Virus record (IMG/VR): IMGVR_UViG_2740892352_000003
Location: 1-64,000 of that record
Direction: 5' to 3' (one strand)
DNA: 64,000 nt
DNA from: a virus
Taxonomy: Duplodnaviria > Caudoviricetes
Under the pieces are notes generated by a model that saw nothing but the letters and a program-made list of their open reading frames with translations, did not search any database and was not told where the DNA came from. Of the stretch, positions 37,981 through 49,829 are shown in pieces. Each line of letters opens with the position of its first letter. Positions within the stretch are counted from its first letter, which is position 1. The position numbers and the translations under genes are program-made.

Positions 37981-40350
37981 ATGGCTACAATACAAACATC
38001 TATTAGAATTTTTGATGGAATGACACCCGCTTTTCGTAATATGACTAATGCTATCAACACTACGATTAACAGTTTTGATAGGCTGCAACAAAGGTTGCAT
38101 AATCCTATTAACGCAGGTGGAATACAAACATCTCAGCAGAGCTTAAATAATATTGAAAACATCTTAACTAGAATAGAACAGAATATAGGAAAAGCAGATG
38201 AACAACAGAGAAGATTTAACGAAGATATTAATAAAGGGATAAGCAATACAGATAGATTGCTTGGAAGTGTTAAGAAACTAGCAGGAGCTTATATCGGAGT
38301 AAAGACAGTTGGAGGCTTAGGTAGTTTAAGCGACCAAATGACCAGTACAAATGCGAGGTTGGCGATGATAAATGATGGTCAACTCTCAGATGGAGGGTTA
38401 AATAAGATGATTTTCCAGTCGGCTGAGAGGTCAAGAGCATCTTACCTAGACACAGCACAAATAGTATCGCGAATTGGTATGAATGCAGGAAGTGCATTTT
38501 CTAGTACTAGAGAAATAGTAAGCTTTGCAGAGCAACTCAACAAAAAGTTCATAATTGCAGGAGCTAGTACACAAGAAATGAGTTCAGCATTATTACAGCT
38601 GACTCAAGGTTTAGGAAGTGGTGTGTTGAGAGGTGAGGAATTAAATGCTGTGTTTGAATCAGCACCTAACATCATCAAAAGTATTGCGGATTATCTCGAT
38701 GTCGACATAGGAAAAATTCGAGGTATGGCAAGTGAAGGAATGTTGACTGCGGATATTGTGAAAAATTCCTTGCTTGCTGCATCAGCTGAAACAAATAAGC
38801 AATTTGAACAGATGCCTTATACACTTGGTCAAATTTTCACTAGTGTAAAGAATAATGCAGTAATGATTTTTGGAGCTATACAAAAAAAGATTGAGGATAC
38901 AGTATCAAGTGGAGGATTCCGAACCTTTATTGTAAATGTAACTGATTCTTTGTATGTCTTGGGAGCTGTTGGATATAGCGTTTTTAATGGATTTATTGAT
39001 TTATTGAGCAGTCCAGTTTTTCAGAATTTTTTTAATGTGATGATTGTTGGAACTAGTTTAATTACGCAAGGATTGGGGTGGATAATAACACAAGCACTAA
39101 GTGTTGCTAATGTATTTGCACAGAATTGGTCAATTATTGCTCCAATTATATATGGAGTTACAATAGCGATTGGTATATATACAATAGCAGCTATAGCACT
39201 TGCTGTAGCAAATAAAGTAGCATCTTTATCAGCTGGTTGGTTTAATTTTCAAATGACTCAAACAGTAATTATGCACGAGTTAGCTACAGGAGCTACATGG
39301 ATGCAAGTAGCAGCACAATATGGTTTAAATGCAGCATTGTATGCTTGTCCGCTTACATGGATAGTGCTTGGATTTATAGCAGTAATAGCTGTGATTTTTA
39401 TGGTAATAGCAGCGATAAATCATTTTGCAGGGACTTCTTTGACTGTACTAGGGGTAATAGTAGGTGCAGTATTTGCAGCAGTAGCAGCAATACAAAACGT
39501 AATGATTGGACTTCTAAATAGATGTATAACTGTAAATGAAGCAATTGCTAATGGCTGGAATCAGTGTGTGTATTTTATGAAACAAGCTATTGCAAAAGGT
39601 GTAATCTTTATAATCGAGAAAATGGCATCTTTAAATGACTCTGTAAATTCAGCAGGAAACGCACTTGGGAAAGCTTTTGTAGATGGGGCAAATATAGCAA
39701 TACGAGGAGTAAACAAACTGGTTGATTTATTAAACAAAATCCCTGGAGTCAACATCGGAAAAGTTTGAGAAGCAACATTTACACCAGTTAAAGCTGATAA
39801 TAGCTATATACAGCAACAAATCAATAGTTTAAACAAATGGGTAGGAAATGCACCAGAGAAAGTTGTACTAGAGCGAATGGGATACAAAGATATTGGGGCA
39901 GCATTTGAGAAAGGAAGTGCTCTAGGAACAAAATGGCAAAATTCCATAACTGATAAATTTAAAGATACTTTTGACATTAGCAAAATAGTAGAAAAGGCAA
40001 AAAAAGATTTAGGACTCGACGATTTGTGGGATAAAAAGTATGGGTTAGGAGATGGATTTGGTTCAGCAGGGCTTAATTCTCCACTTGGAGATGCAGCAAA
40101 AGGAGCAAAAGACACTGCAGGAAACACTGCAAAAATGGCTAAAACAATGGATAAAAGCCAAGAAGATTTAAAATACTTAAGAGACATTGCAGAACAAGAA
40201 GTAATAAACAAGTATACAGGAGTCAACATTAAAATTGACATGAACAATACAAACAACATAAATAGTGAGGCAGATGTAGATGGAATAGTAAATGTACTAA
40301 CTGAAAAATTAAATGATGCTATGGTTGTATCAGCAGAAGGAATAGTTTAG
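37981..40350 (+). pseudogene. Tape measure protein (XkdO-like) interrupted by single in-frame TGA at 39766-39768
   Basis: Tape-measure motif [21 protein letters not shown]; same frame stays open after TGA to 40350. Confidence 0.8.
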
Positions 40351-40361
40351 GAGGTGTTTAA

Positions 40362-41063
40362 ATGGCTTATGACTTTTATTTAGATGGAGTACAATTACCA
40401 ATCCCTCCACCCAAGTTAGAAATTAAAGTGACAAACAAAAATAAAACAGTTGATTTGATAAACACTGGAGAAGTAAACATACTAAAAAAAGAAGGATTAT
40501 CTGAAATAAGTTTTGAAGCAGAGTTTACACATAATAAACTACCATTTTATCGTGGAACTTTTAGGGATGTTCAATTCTTTTTAAGTAAACTAGAATTACT
40601 AAAGACAGATTGTAAGCCATTTCAATTTATTGTATCTCGTGAGTTAGGTAACAAGGTCTTATTTAACACTAATATGAAAGTGTCATTAGAAGAATATAAC
40701 ATAGTAGAAGATGCAGAAAATGCCTCAGATACAAAAGTTGCAATAAAGTTAAAACAATATAGAGATTACTCAACTAAAAAGTTAGTACTTGCAACACCTG
40801 AAAAGACAAATTATGGTAGGACTCCCCCTCCAGTCATGAAACCAAAAGAATTTAGACCAGATTCATCCAATAAGCCAAATGCTAAGACATATACAGTCAA
40901 GGCAGGAGATTCTCTTTGGTCAATCTGCCAGAAGCAACTTGGTAATGGTTCATTATATAAGAAGGTATATGAGTTAAATAAATCAATAATGGATAAAGCT
41001 AACAAGGGTAAAAAAGTACCTAAATATACTATTTACAAAGGGCAGGTGTTAAAACTTGGATGA
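40362..41063 (+). CDS. LysM tail protein (XkdP-like)
   Basis: TYTVKAGDSLWSIC LysM. Confidence 0.92.
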   Translation: MAYDFYLDGVQLPIPPPKLEIKVTNKNKTVDLINTGEVNILKKEGLSEISFEAEFTHNKLPFYRGTFRDVQFFLSKLELLKTDCKPFQFIVSRELGNKVLFNTNMKVSLEEYNIVEDAENASDTKVAIKLKQYRDYSTKKLVLATPEKTNYGRTPPPVMKPKEFRPDSSNKPNAKTYTVKAGDSLWSICQKQLGNGSLYKKVYELNKSIMDKANKGKKVPKYTIYKGQVLKLG

Positions 41064-42948
41064 TGAATTAGTATTAGCAAATGATAGAGATGTAAGATTA
41101 GTAATAGCTCATTGGGAAGATTTCCACGAACCTGTAGTTTTGGATGGTATCACATGGGAAATAGAAAGACGAGGAACACCATCTAAACTTGAATTTACAA
41201 TAGTCATGGATGATATATTAGAGTTTTGTGAAGGTAACTCTGTAAGACTATATTACAAAGGTGTAGGTATATTCTATGGATATATATTTCAGAAGAAAAG
41301 AGATAAAGAAAATCACATTAAAATTGTTGCTTACGACCAGTTAAGATATTTTAAGAACAAAGATACTTATGTGTATAGCAATAAAACAGCAAGTGAACTT
41401 GTAAAAATGTTGGCTAAAGATTTTAATTTAAAATACAATGTCATAGAAGATACTAAGTATAAACTATCTAGAGTCGAAGAAAATAAAACACTCTTTGACA
41501 TGATACTAACAGCACTAGATGATACTCTAAGAGAGAAAAAAGAAATGTATACCTTGTATGATGATTTTGGAAGAATAACATTAAAGAATGTTGCATCAAT
41601 GAAACTGGATACTGTCATGAACAATGATGTAATAGAGGACTTTGACTATAATTCAAGTATAGATAGTGATACTTATACAAAAATCAAACTTGTAAGAGAC
41701 AACGAGGAGTCAGGAAAAAGGGATGTGTATATTGCTCAAGATTCAGCTCACATGAGAAGTTGGGGAATACTTCAAATGTTTGATACAGTAGATAAAAACA
41801 TGAGTGAAGCAGAGATAAAACAAAAGTGTGATATACTTTTAAAACTATATAATAAGAAAACTAAGTCATTAAGTTTAAAAAATGCACTTGGAGATATTAG
41901 AGTGAGAGCAGGTTGTTTAGTACCTGTTTTTTTAAATCTAGGAGATATTAAACTTCAAAATTATATGTTAGTTGAGAAAGTAAAACATACATTTGAAAAT
42001 AATTCACATTTCATGGATTTGACTCTTGTTGATGGAGATGAATTTGCTTCTTATTCTTCAAGCTCATATTCAAGTGGAAATACTAACAATAAGGATGAAA
42101 AGAAAAATGGTCCTGCACAAAGTACTACGAAAAAAAATACAGGTAAAAAAGTTCCTGCTATATTTACTGCATATTATCCAGGGAACAATGCAATGGAAGG
42201 TGGAAAAACAGATTGCAATGGAAAGCCACTTGATGTAAAATCAAGAACTGTTGCTGGTCCAATGAATCGAGAAGGAGTTAAGAAAACTTGGTATACTGAT
42301 GATTTTCTAAAGAAACATCCAGTTTTTGAATATGGAGATAAAGTAAAAATTATACTTCCTGGTACTGCCTATGACAACAAAGTATATACAGTTAAAGATA
42401 ATGGAGGAAGAATATATGTTGAAACAAACGGAACATATCATATAGATATACTATTAGCTAATGCTAGTGAATGTAAAAAATTTGGTAGAAAGAATGGCTA
42501 TATAATTATAGGTGGAGATGAAGAACAAACATATCAAGTTGAAGGTAATAACCAAAGTAGTACAAATAATAACTCTAAAGAAGATAAATTAATTAGTATA
42601 GCAAAAAGTAAACTGGGTTGTAATTATGTGTATGGAGCAGAAGGTCCTAATAATTTTGATTGCAGTGGGTTTACTCAATGGTGTTATAAACAAATAGGTA
42701 TAAAAATTCCTCGTACTGCTTCTGCACAAAGTAAAGCAGGAAAAGCAGTAGATTTAAAAGATAGAAGCAAGTGGAAAGCAGGAGACTTATTATGTAGAAT
42801 TGGTGGAGGAAGTAGTAATCATGTTGTAATGTACATTGGAAACAATCAAATAATTCATTCACCACAAACAGGAGATGTGGTAAAAATAGAGTCTGTTAAT
42901 TCTTATAGAAAAGGAAAAGCATACACACATGTGAGAAGATTTATATAA
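41056..42948 (+). CDS. Baseplate hub (XkdQ-like) fused to 3D-like and NlpC/P60 hydrolase domains
   Basis: AYDQLRYFKNKDT; FTAYYP...VKDNGG...HIDIL; YVYGAEGPNNFDCSGF...HVVMYIG. Confidence 0.9.
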   Translation: MDDELVLANDRDVRLVIAHWEDFHEPVVLDGITWEIERRGTPSKLEFTIVMDDILEFCEGNSVRLYYKGVGIFYGYIFQKKRDKENHIKIVAYDQLRYFKNKDTYVYSNKTASELVKMLAKDFNLKYNVIEDTKYKLSRVEENKTLFDMILTALDDTLREKKEMYTLYDDFGRITLKNVASMKLDTVMNNDVIEDFDYNSSIDSDTYTKIKLVRDNEESGKRDVYIAQDSAHMRSWGILQMFDTVDKNMSEAEIKQKCDILLKLYNKKTKSLSLKNALGDIRVRAGCLVPVFLNLGDIKLQNYMLVEKVKHTFENNSHFMDLTLVDGDEFASYSSSSYSSGNTNNKDEKKNGPAQSTTKKNTGKKVPAIFTAYYPGNNAMEGGKTDCNGKPLDVKSRTVAGPMNREGVKKTWYTDDFLKKHPVFEYGDKVKIILPGTAYDNKVYTVKDNGGRIYVETNGTYHIDILLANASECKKFGRKNGYIIIGGDEEQTYQVEGNNQSSTNNNSKEDKLISIAKSKLGCNYVYGAEGPNNFDCSGFTQWCYKQIGIKIPRTASAQSKAGKAVDLKDRSKWKAGDLLCRIGGGSSNHVVMYIGNNQIIHSPQTGDVVKIESVNSYRKGKAYTHVRRFI

Positions 42949-42961
42949 GTGAGGTGGCAAT

Positions 42962-43222
42962 ATGAGCCAAGATTTATTACAGATAATAAAAAAAGCTGCA
43001 ATGGATGCAGTAGAAACAAGCAACCCAATGAGGGTTGTATTTGGAACAATAGAAAGTATTAGTCCTCTAAGAGTTAAGATAGAACAAAAACTATCTATTG
43101 GTGAAATTTTTCTAATACAAACAGATACATTTAAAAGATATACAGATAAAAAAATAGGAGATAAATTAGTCTTAATTCGTATGCAAGGAGGACAACAATA
43201 CTTGATTTTAGATAGGATGTGA
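42962..43222 (+). CDS. XkdR/DUF2577 baseplate protein
   Basis: GDKLVLIRMQGGQQYLILD. Confidence 0.85.
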   Translation: MSQDLLQIIKKAAMDAVETSNPMRVVFGTIESISPLRVKIEQKLSIGEIFLIQTDTFKRYTDKKIGDKLVLIRMQGGQQYLILDRM

Positions 43223-43226
43223 TGAA

Positions 43227-43646
43227 GTGTTACCAAGCGATAATTTAGATTATGACATTGAAGATGTATCAATAATTAATTTTGATGTAAGGCAAGAACC
43301 AAGTAAGACCTTTAAATTAAATATAGAAAAATCTAAGATAGATGGTATTTGTGATGATGTTGAAGCATTAAAACAAACCATCTTTTTAATTTTAAACACA
43401 GAGAGATACCAACATCTAATATATAGTTGGAATTATGGAGTCGAGTTGAACGACCTTATTGGAGAGCCTATATCCTTTGTAATCCCCGAACTTGAAAGAC
43501 GAATCAAAGAAGCACTAATTCAAGATGATAGGGTTGAAAATGTAGATAATTTTGAGTTTCAAAATGTAAAGGGTAAAGTACATTGTAAGTTCACAGTTTA
43601 CAGTAAATATGGAGATATAAAAGCAGAGAAGGTGGTGAGTGTATAA
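43227..43646 (+). CDS. XkdS/DUF2634 baseplate protein
   Basis: LNTERYQHLIYSWNYGVEL. Confidence 0.88.
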   Translation: MLPSDNLDYDIEDVSIINFDVRQEPSKTFKLNIEKSKIDGICDDVEALKQTIFLILNTERYQHLIYSWNYGVELNDLIGEPISFVIPELERRIKEALIQDDRVENVDNFEFQNVKGKVHCKFTVYSKYGDIKAEKVVSV

Positions 43647-44696
43647 TTGTTTGAGTTAATGACATTTGAAAATATAATTAAAAGAATGTTAGATAGTGTA
43701 CCAGATACTTTTGATAAAAGGGAAGGTTCTATAATATACAATGCTCTTGCTCCTGTTGCAGTGGAGCTTACAGAAACATACATTGCAATGGATGAATTAC
43801 TAGACCAAACATTCGTAGATACTGCTAGTTATTACTATTTAGAGAAGAGATGTAAAGAGAGAGGTATTACACCTTTACCTGCAACCAATACAATTGCAAA
43901 AGGAGTTTTTAATATAGATATTCCTATTGATTCAAGATTCAACTTAGGAGAGTACAATTATGTGGCAATTGAGAGAATATCTGAAAAAACATATAAAATG
44001 AAATGTGAAACTGCTGGACCTATATTTGAGTTAGGGCAATTAATACCTATCGAATATATAGATGGTCTTGAAACTGCTGAGTTAACAGAAATACTAATAA
44101 ATGGAGAAGATGAAGAATCAGAGGACAGTCTAAGGCAACGATACTATGATAGTTTAAACTCACAAAGTTTCGGTGGTAATATACAGAATTATAAGGATGA
44201 AGTTAATAAATTGCCTGACGTTGGGGGAGTTAAAGTATATCCAGTTTGGAATGGTGGAGGTACTGTTAAGTTAGTAATAATTAATTCTAACTTCAAAGTT
44301 CCATCTAGTGATTTAGTTAATTTAGTTCAAGAAGAAATTGATCCTCTACAAAACCAAGGAGAAGGTCTTGGATTAGCACCAATTGGACACCGAGTCACAG
44401 TTGAAGGAGTTACAAGTACAACTATAAATATATCAGCAGAGATAACATACAAAAATGGCTACACTTGGGAGAATATAAAATCAATTGCAGAAGAAGCAAT
44501 AGACGACTATTTAAATGAACTTAACATGAGTTGGGAAGATGAAGAAAACTTAATAGTCCGTATATCTCAAATTGAAACTAGATTACTTAGTATTGATGGA
44601 GTATTAGACATTGCAAATACAATGATAAATGAGGTTAAATCTAATCTAACAATAAATAGTAACAGTATAGTAGTGAGAGGTGAGGTAGTTGGATAA
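43647..44696 (+). CDS. Baseplate J-like wedge protein (XkdT)
   Basis: DKREGSIIY, GEDEESEDSLRQRY, WNGGGTVK, APIGHRVTV. Confidence 0.93.
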   Translation: MFELMTFENIIKRMLDSVPDTFDKREGSIIYNALAPVAVELTETYIAMDELLDQTFVDTASYYYLEKRCKERGITPLPATNTIAKGVFNIDIPIDSRFNLGEYNYVAIERISEKTYKMKCETAGPIFELGQLIPIEYIDGLETAELTEILINGEDEESEDSLRQRYYDSLNSQSFGGNIQNYKDEVNKLPDVGGVKVYPVWNGGGTVKLVIINSNFKVPSSDLVNLVQEEIDPLQNQGEGLGLAPIGHRVTVEGVTSTTINISAEITYKNGYTWENIKSIAEEAIDDYLNELNMSWEDEENLIVRISQIETRLLSIDGVLDIANTMINEVKSNLTINSNSIVVRGEVVG

Positions 44697-45306
44697 AGAG
44701 ATTAATCTAATAAATTACTTACCACAAATTCTACAAGATAAAGAAGAATATATAAAAGTATTTAATGTAGGAAATAAAGAAATAAAAATATTACATGATA
44801 AATTAAAGGACCTATCAAATGACCAGTTTTTAGAGGACCTAACTATAAGTGGTATAAAAAGATGGGAAAAGATAATGTCTATAACTCCTAAAAGTAATGA
44901 GAGTTTAGAAGATAGAAGGTTTAGGATTTTTAGTAAATATATAAGTAAATTACCTTACTCAGAGAGATTTTTAAGGAATTGGCTAGATAGTATAGTTGGA
45001 GAAGGTAATTATGAGTTAACTATTAATAATGCTACTTATAATATACATCTTGAAAGTGATGCTAGAAATCAAGATTGGTTTGAGGAAGTTCATTCTTTTG
45101 TAAGTAATATTAAGCCATGTAATATGACTTTAGATTACACTAGAGTGCTTATAAGCAAAGACAATTATATGAATTTTGGTATAACAACCCTAATGGGTCA
45201 AGAAATAACTATATACCCTTGGAGTCCACCAGATATAGAAACTTATGGAGAAATTGATGTATTAACTGGCAATGGAGTTGGATACCAAGAGATAACAATA
45301 TTTTAG
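44689..45306 (+). CDS. XkdU/DUF2313 baseplate protein
   Basis: GIKRWEKIM...SLEDRRFRI. Confidence 0.85.
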   Translation: MDKEINLINYLPQILQDKEEYIKVFNVGNKEIKILHDKLKDLSNDQFLEDLTISGIKRWEKIMSITPKSNESLEDRRFRIFSKYISKLPYSERFLRNWLDSIVGEGNYELTINNATYNIHLESDARNQDWFEEVHSFVSNIKPCNMTLDYTRVLISKDNYMNFGITTLMGQEITIYPWSPPDIETYGEIDVLTGNGVGYQEITIF

Positions 45307-45317
45307 GAGGTGATATA

Positions 45318-46343
45318 TTGGCTATAGATAAAAGTTATTACACTATAATTACAGATGTAGGAAAAGCAAAGATAGCAAATGCAAGTGTCACAGGTAATAA
45401 AGTGGGATTTGTAAAAATTCAACTTGGTGATGGAGGAGGGAGTGAATATACTCCAACTGAGAGTCAGACAGCTCTCAAAAACGTGGTATGGGAAGGCAAT
45501 ATTGGAAATACAACTACAGATGAAACTGCACCAAATTGTATAATATTAGAGAGTTTAATACCATCAAGTGTAGGCGGATTTATGATAAGAGAAATAGGAT
45601 ATTTAGATGATGAAAATAATTTAATTGCCATTTCTAAATACAAAGAGTGTTATAAACCTTCTATAGAACAAGGTGCAGTGGTAGACATGAAGGTTAAAAC
45701 TGTGCTTATTGTATCTAATGTAAATAATATAGAACTTAAAATTGACCCAACAATAATCTTTGCAACACTCAAAGATATACAAGACTTAGAAACTAAAATA
45801 GGTACTGTTAATACTAAAATAGATACAACTAAAACAGAATTAACAAATAATTTAGAAACTGCTAAAACAGAGTTAAACACTAGAATTGACACAGAAAATG
45901 AGAAACAAAATATTAAAATTGACCAATTAATCGCAGGTGGTTCTAATGTGGCATCTACTCAAACAATAACAATTGACGATTGGGTTGAGGATGCAGAAAA
46001 TGGATTCAAAGCAACTGTAACACATAGTTTGTTAACACAGAGAATAGTTGTAAATATTATAGATGCTACTACAAAAGAAAATGTAGTTACAAACTTTAAA
46101 ATTATAGATGATAATACTATAGAAATTAGAAGTGAAACAAGGTCAGAATTAAACGTTTATGTGATAAATGGAAATGCAGAAACTCATTTTATAAATGCAA
46201 CTGTAGATGATAACAGAGTGTCTGAAATGACTACTTATTCGTCTAAGAAAATAGAGGATAGATTGGTTAATATAGAAGAAAAATTAAGTGGTGGGTTATC
46301 TAACATTGCAACAAGTGTAAATGAATTGATAACTTATTGTTAA
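45318..46343 (+). CDS. Tail fibre (collar/attachment) protein
   Basis: YYTIITDVGKAKIANA, GGFMIREIG. Confidence 0.88.
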   Translation: MAIDKSYYTIITDVGKAKIANASVTGNKVGFVKIQLGDGGGSEYTPTESQTALKNVVWEGNIGNTTTDETAPNCIILESLIPSSVGGFMIREIGYLDDENNLIAISKYKECYKPSIEQGAVVDMKVKTVLIVSNVNNIELKIDPTIIFATLKDIQDLETKIGTVNTKIDTTKTELTNNLETAKTELNTRIDTENEKQNIKIDQLIAGGSNVASTQTITIDDWVEDAENGFKATVTHSLLTQRIVVNIIDATTKENVVTNFKIIDDNTIEIRSETRSELNVYVINGNAETHFINATVDDNRVSEMTTYSSKKIEDRLVNIEEKLSGGLSNIATSVNELITYC

Positions 46344-46357
46344 AGGAGAGTGAGAAA

Positions 46358-48073
46358 ATGCAGACAGAATGGAACTTTGGGTACAATGGTTCGCCACAAA
46401 GTGTTATATTGAAACCTGGCAAATATAAATTTGAATGCTGGGGTTCTTCTGGAGGTATCAACAATTCTTCTTGGCATACTGATGCTAAAGGCGGATATTC
46501 TAAAGGTGAAATTACATTAAAAAAACAAACTACATTATATGTTTACGTCGGCGAAAGTGGTTTTGCTTCTTCATCTACGAGTAATAACACTAAAAGTGGT
46601 TTTAATGGCGGTGGTAAAGGTTATTTAAATCAACAGGTTATGGGTACTTATTATTCTATGTACGGTGGTGGTGCTACTGATATAAGGCTCGTTGGTGGTG
46701 CTTGGGATAATGAGCAAGGTTTGCTATCTCGTATAATTGTCGCAGGTGGTGGCGGTGGTTCATATTCTCCTTATACTGGTGGTGCAGGAGGAGGATTAGA
46801 AGGAGGTACTGGGTATAGTGCTAACGACAGACATCGTCCCGGCGGTACTCAATATCAAGGTGGTATTGGTCGTGTAAGCACAGAAAACGGAAGTTTTGGA
46901 AAAGGGTGTTCTGCTAAAGATTCAACTGGCGAAGGCGGTGGAGGTGGCTGGTTTGGTGGTGCAGGAATGAATGGTGCGGGAGCAGGTGGAGGTGGAAGTG
47001 GCTACGTATTAACTAAAGATAGTTATAAGCCTACTGGCTACACACCAACATCTGAATATTATTTTGATAATGTTGTTATGGAATCTGGTGGAAATACTGC
47101 TGGTGCTTATGGTTATGCCCTAATAACATTACTACAAGCATTACCTTTTTTAACCGTATCCTCTTATAACTCCACACAAGCAACATTTAAAGCTGACCAC
47201 ACAGACCCTACACTATTAACTAAGATAGAAGTATTTATAGATGATGTACTAAAAGAAACTATAACAACAGATTTAACAACAGAGAAAACAATTAACTATA
47301 CATTAGAAGATAATGCACTGCACACGCTTAAAATAGTTGTTACAGACAGCAATAATGCAACTGCTGAAAAAGTTTTAAGTATAAGTAAGAATATAATGCC
47401 ACTGCCCGAAAATGTAAATTTAAATGATATATCAACAAAATTAGTTGAGGTTAATGCAGGATTTAAAGTTGGGAAAACAAGCATTATAAATACTTTAGCA
47501 TTAAAGAATATAGAGGCAAGTTTAAATAATACATTAGTGGAGTTATCAGAGAAAATTAAAACTTCTTTTGACAGTGGAGATGCAAGTTTGCAGGATTTGA
47601 TGAATCAGTTAACACAAGCTAATAATACTATATCGCAATTAAACTCTAAATATAAAGTCGCAAGTGGCACTACCACTGTTATTCAAAGTTCTAAGCGTGT
47701 TAATCTATATGGTGGGTTATATGGACAAACATATATTAGAGAACCATATCATTGGATTAATATTAATAATTTAGGATTTATTCCTAATATTTTTATCGCT
47801 GAAAATGAAACTGTTAGTGCTGGTAGTTCAATTCAAAAAAATATTATTATTGCTACTTGCAATATACCTTGGTCTACAAATAAAAGAGATTTTATAGCAA
47901 ACTTACAACTTACTAGAGGTAAAATGGATGACCAAGATTTTAATTGTCATGCAGGATTTTATATAAACAATGAGCAAGATGCTTATATTAATAGTAATGG
48001 AATTAATGTACCTGCAAGTAGAGCTTCTCTTCCTATTTATGGGTTTTCTTGGTATGCTATAAAATTTATATAA
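46358..48073 (+). CDS. Glycine-rich receptor-binding tail protein
   Basis: GKYKFECWG, GGGATDIRL, RIIVAGGGGG Gly-rich domain; variable C-terminus. Confidence 0.85.
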   Translation: MQTEWNFGYNGSPQSVILKPGKYKFECWGSSGGINNSSWHTDAKGGYSKGEITLKKQTTLYVYVGESGFASSSTSNNTKSGFNGGGKGYLNQQVMGTYYSMYGGGATDIRLVGGAWDNEQGLLSRIIVAGGGGGSYSPYTGGAGGGLEGGTGYSANDRHRPGGTQYQGGIGRVSTENGSFGKGCSAKDSTGEGGGGGWFGGAGMNGAGAGGGGSGYVLTKDSYKPTGYTPTSEYYFDNVVMESGGNTAGAYGYALITLLQALPFLTVSSYNSTQATFKADHTDPTLLTKIEVFIDDVLKETITTDLTTEKTINYTLEDNALHTLKIVVTDSNNATAEKVLSISKNIMPLPENVNLNDISTKLVEVNAGFKVGKTSIINTLALKNIEASLNNTLVELSEKIKTSFDSGDASLQDLMNQLTQANNTISQLNSKYKVASGTTTVIQSSKRVNLYGGLYGQTYIREPYHWININNLGFIPNIFIAENETVSAGSSIQKNIIIATCNIPWSTNKRDFIANLQLTRGKMDDQDFNCHAGFYINNEQDAYINSNGINVPASRASLPIYGFSWYAIKFI

Positions 48074-48086
48074 ATGAGGTGATAAA

Positions 48087-48380
48087 ATGAATAGAGCAAA
48101 TAGAATAATTTATGACCAAACTGGTAAAATATTACTCCAAACAGGAGAGGCGACAGGGGATGTCTTGGAACATGATGAAATAACAGAATTACATTGCATT
48201 GATGTTCCATATGGAAGTATAGACTATACCAAAAATAGAATTACAGGCATAAATATAGAAACAAAAGAACCAATTTTGGAAGAAATACCAATATTCGTTA
48301 CAGAAGAAGAAAAGAGAATACAAGAGTTAGAAAATCAAATTTTATTAAATGAAAATGAGAAAGTAGGAGGATTATTATAA
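48087..48380 (+). CDS. Tail fibre chaperone
   Basis: RIIYDQTGKI...RIQELENQIL. Confidence 0.7.
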   Translation: MNRANRIIYDQTGKILLQTGEATGDVLEHDEITELHCIDVPYGSIDYTKNRITGINIETKEPILEEIPIFVTEEEKRIQELENQILLNENEKVGGLL

Positions 48381-48562
48381 TGAGTATAAATAATGTTGTA
48401 GTAAGAATATTAGCAGAGAGAATATTAAATAAAGGGTTAAATCCTTTGAAAAATCGAGAATTTGAATTAGATGACGTGACTAACATAGAGTATAGAAAGG
48501 CAGTAGAGGATTATATAATTAAAGAAAGCGGAGTAGTAGAAGGAGCAGAAACAACTATATAG
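48380..48562 (+). CDS. Small tail-fibre-associated protein
   Basis: YRKAVEDYI; position. Confidence 0.65.
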   Translation: MSINNVVVRILAERILNKGLNPLKNREFELDDVTNIEYRKAVEDYIIKESGVVEGAETTI

Positions 48563-48596
48563 AGGGTTCTTTTTTTTATTGAAAGAAGGTGATTAA

Positions 48597-49829
48597 ATGA
48601 CTTTTAAAGAGTTAGTTAATAAAGTTAGAAATCTTGTACTAGAAGCAAAAAATGTAACTATAGAAGATACAGAGAATAACTTTACAAGTGATAATGTTGA
48701 GGGAGCATTAAAAGAGGTTTTTCAAAGTGGAGTTAATGCTAAAAATAATGTAGTAACAGCATTGAACTCCAAGGGTGCAGAGGTTACTACAAATAACACT
48801 TGGGAGGAAATAAAGAATAAAGTAAACAACAAGGAAGGAAGATTAGATTTAAGAGAAACAATACTTTCAAATAGTTCATCATATTTAGTTATGAATGGTG
48901 CTATAAAATATATTGAAAAATATAGTGGAGATTTAAAAGCATTAGAATATGAAGAACCTTTCTTTTATGTAATTAAAGGTACACATTTAATTAAAATTAA
49001 TGCAATTGATGAATCTGTAACTTTTGATATTACTTTGTCTAATGATAATTTCTCATGTATTTGCATTACTCAAGATTATTTGTTTATATCTGATAATACT
49101 AAATTATATAAAATAAATAAGACAACAGGAATTGAAGTGCAGTCAATAGAAGGTTCTTATTATAAGCTATGTACTTATGGGGAATTTATTTATGGAATAT
49201 ATGGAGATGAGACTTCTTCAATACTTCACAAAATAAGAATATCGGATATGTATAAAATGTTAACTAAAGATATGTCAATCAATAGTATTTACGATTTTGA
49301 AAGAGGTAAGTTTGTTTGCAATAAGAATGCTATTTATGCTACAACAGAACACGCTAATTCAAGTGGTTATACAGATTGTTACCTAACTAAAATAAATTTT
49401 GATTTTACTATTGCTAAGGATTTTAGAATTGGAGGATATTTATATGAAAAAAACATTAAGTTTTTAAATGATTTTGTTTTTGTATCTGATAGTGGCAGAA
49501 GCATAGAAGTTGAGAGTGGTAAAAAAAGTGGATTAGCAAAATATGATGCAAATCTAAATTTGATTACTTATGGTGGGTCAGATAGATATGAAAATTTTGA
49601 AATATATAATGGATATATATATACATTTAATTCACTTTCTAGTAGCCCATTTATAAAAATAAATTTAAATACTCTTAAAGAAGTTAATAGCTACCGAACG
49701 CTCATTAACACAAATCCTCAAAAAGGTATGTTTATAATAAACAATATAATTTTTTTTATTGGTGGTGGCATTCACAGAAATATATTATCAAAAAAGGTTT
49801 ATTCAGATGAAAAAGGAGAGGAATTATGA
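48597..49829 (+). CDS. Second tail-fibre/receptor-binding-like protein
   Basis: NFTSDNVEGALKEVFQS anchor motif, beta-rich C-terminus. Confidence 0.65.
   Translation: MTFKELVNKVRNLVLEAKNVTIEDTENNFTSDNVEGALKEVFQSGVNAKNNVVTALNSKGAEVTTNNTWEEIKNKVNNKEGRLDLRETILSNSSSYLVMNGAIKYIEKYSGDLKALEYEEPFFYVIKGTHLIKINAIDESVTFDITLSNDNFSCICITQDYLFISDNTKLYKINKTTGIEVQSIEGSYYKLCTYGEFIYGIYGDETSSILHKIRISDMYKMLTKDMSINSIYDFERGKFVCNKNAIYATTEHANSSGYTDCYLTKINFDFTIAKDFRIGGYLYEKNIKFLNDFVFVSDSGRSIEVESGKKSGLAKYDANLNLITYGGSDRYENFEIYNGYIYTFNSLSSSPFIKINLNTLKEVNSYRTLINTNPQKGMFIINNIIFFIGGGIHRNILSKKVYSDEKGEEL

Noticed and set aside
39766-39820. Selenocysteine recoding of the tape-measure TGA
   Set aside because: No convincing SECIS-like hairpin downstream and no redox motif; a point mutation or error is simpler.
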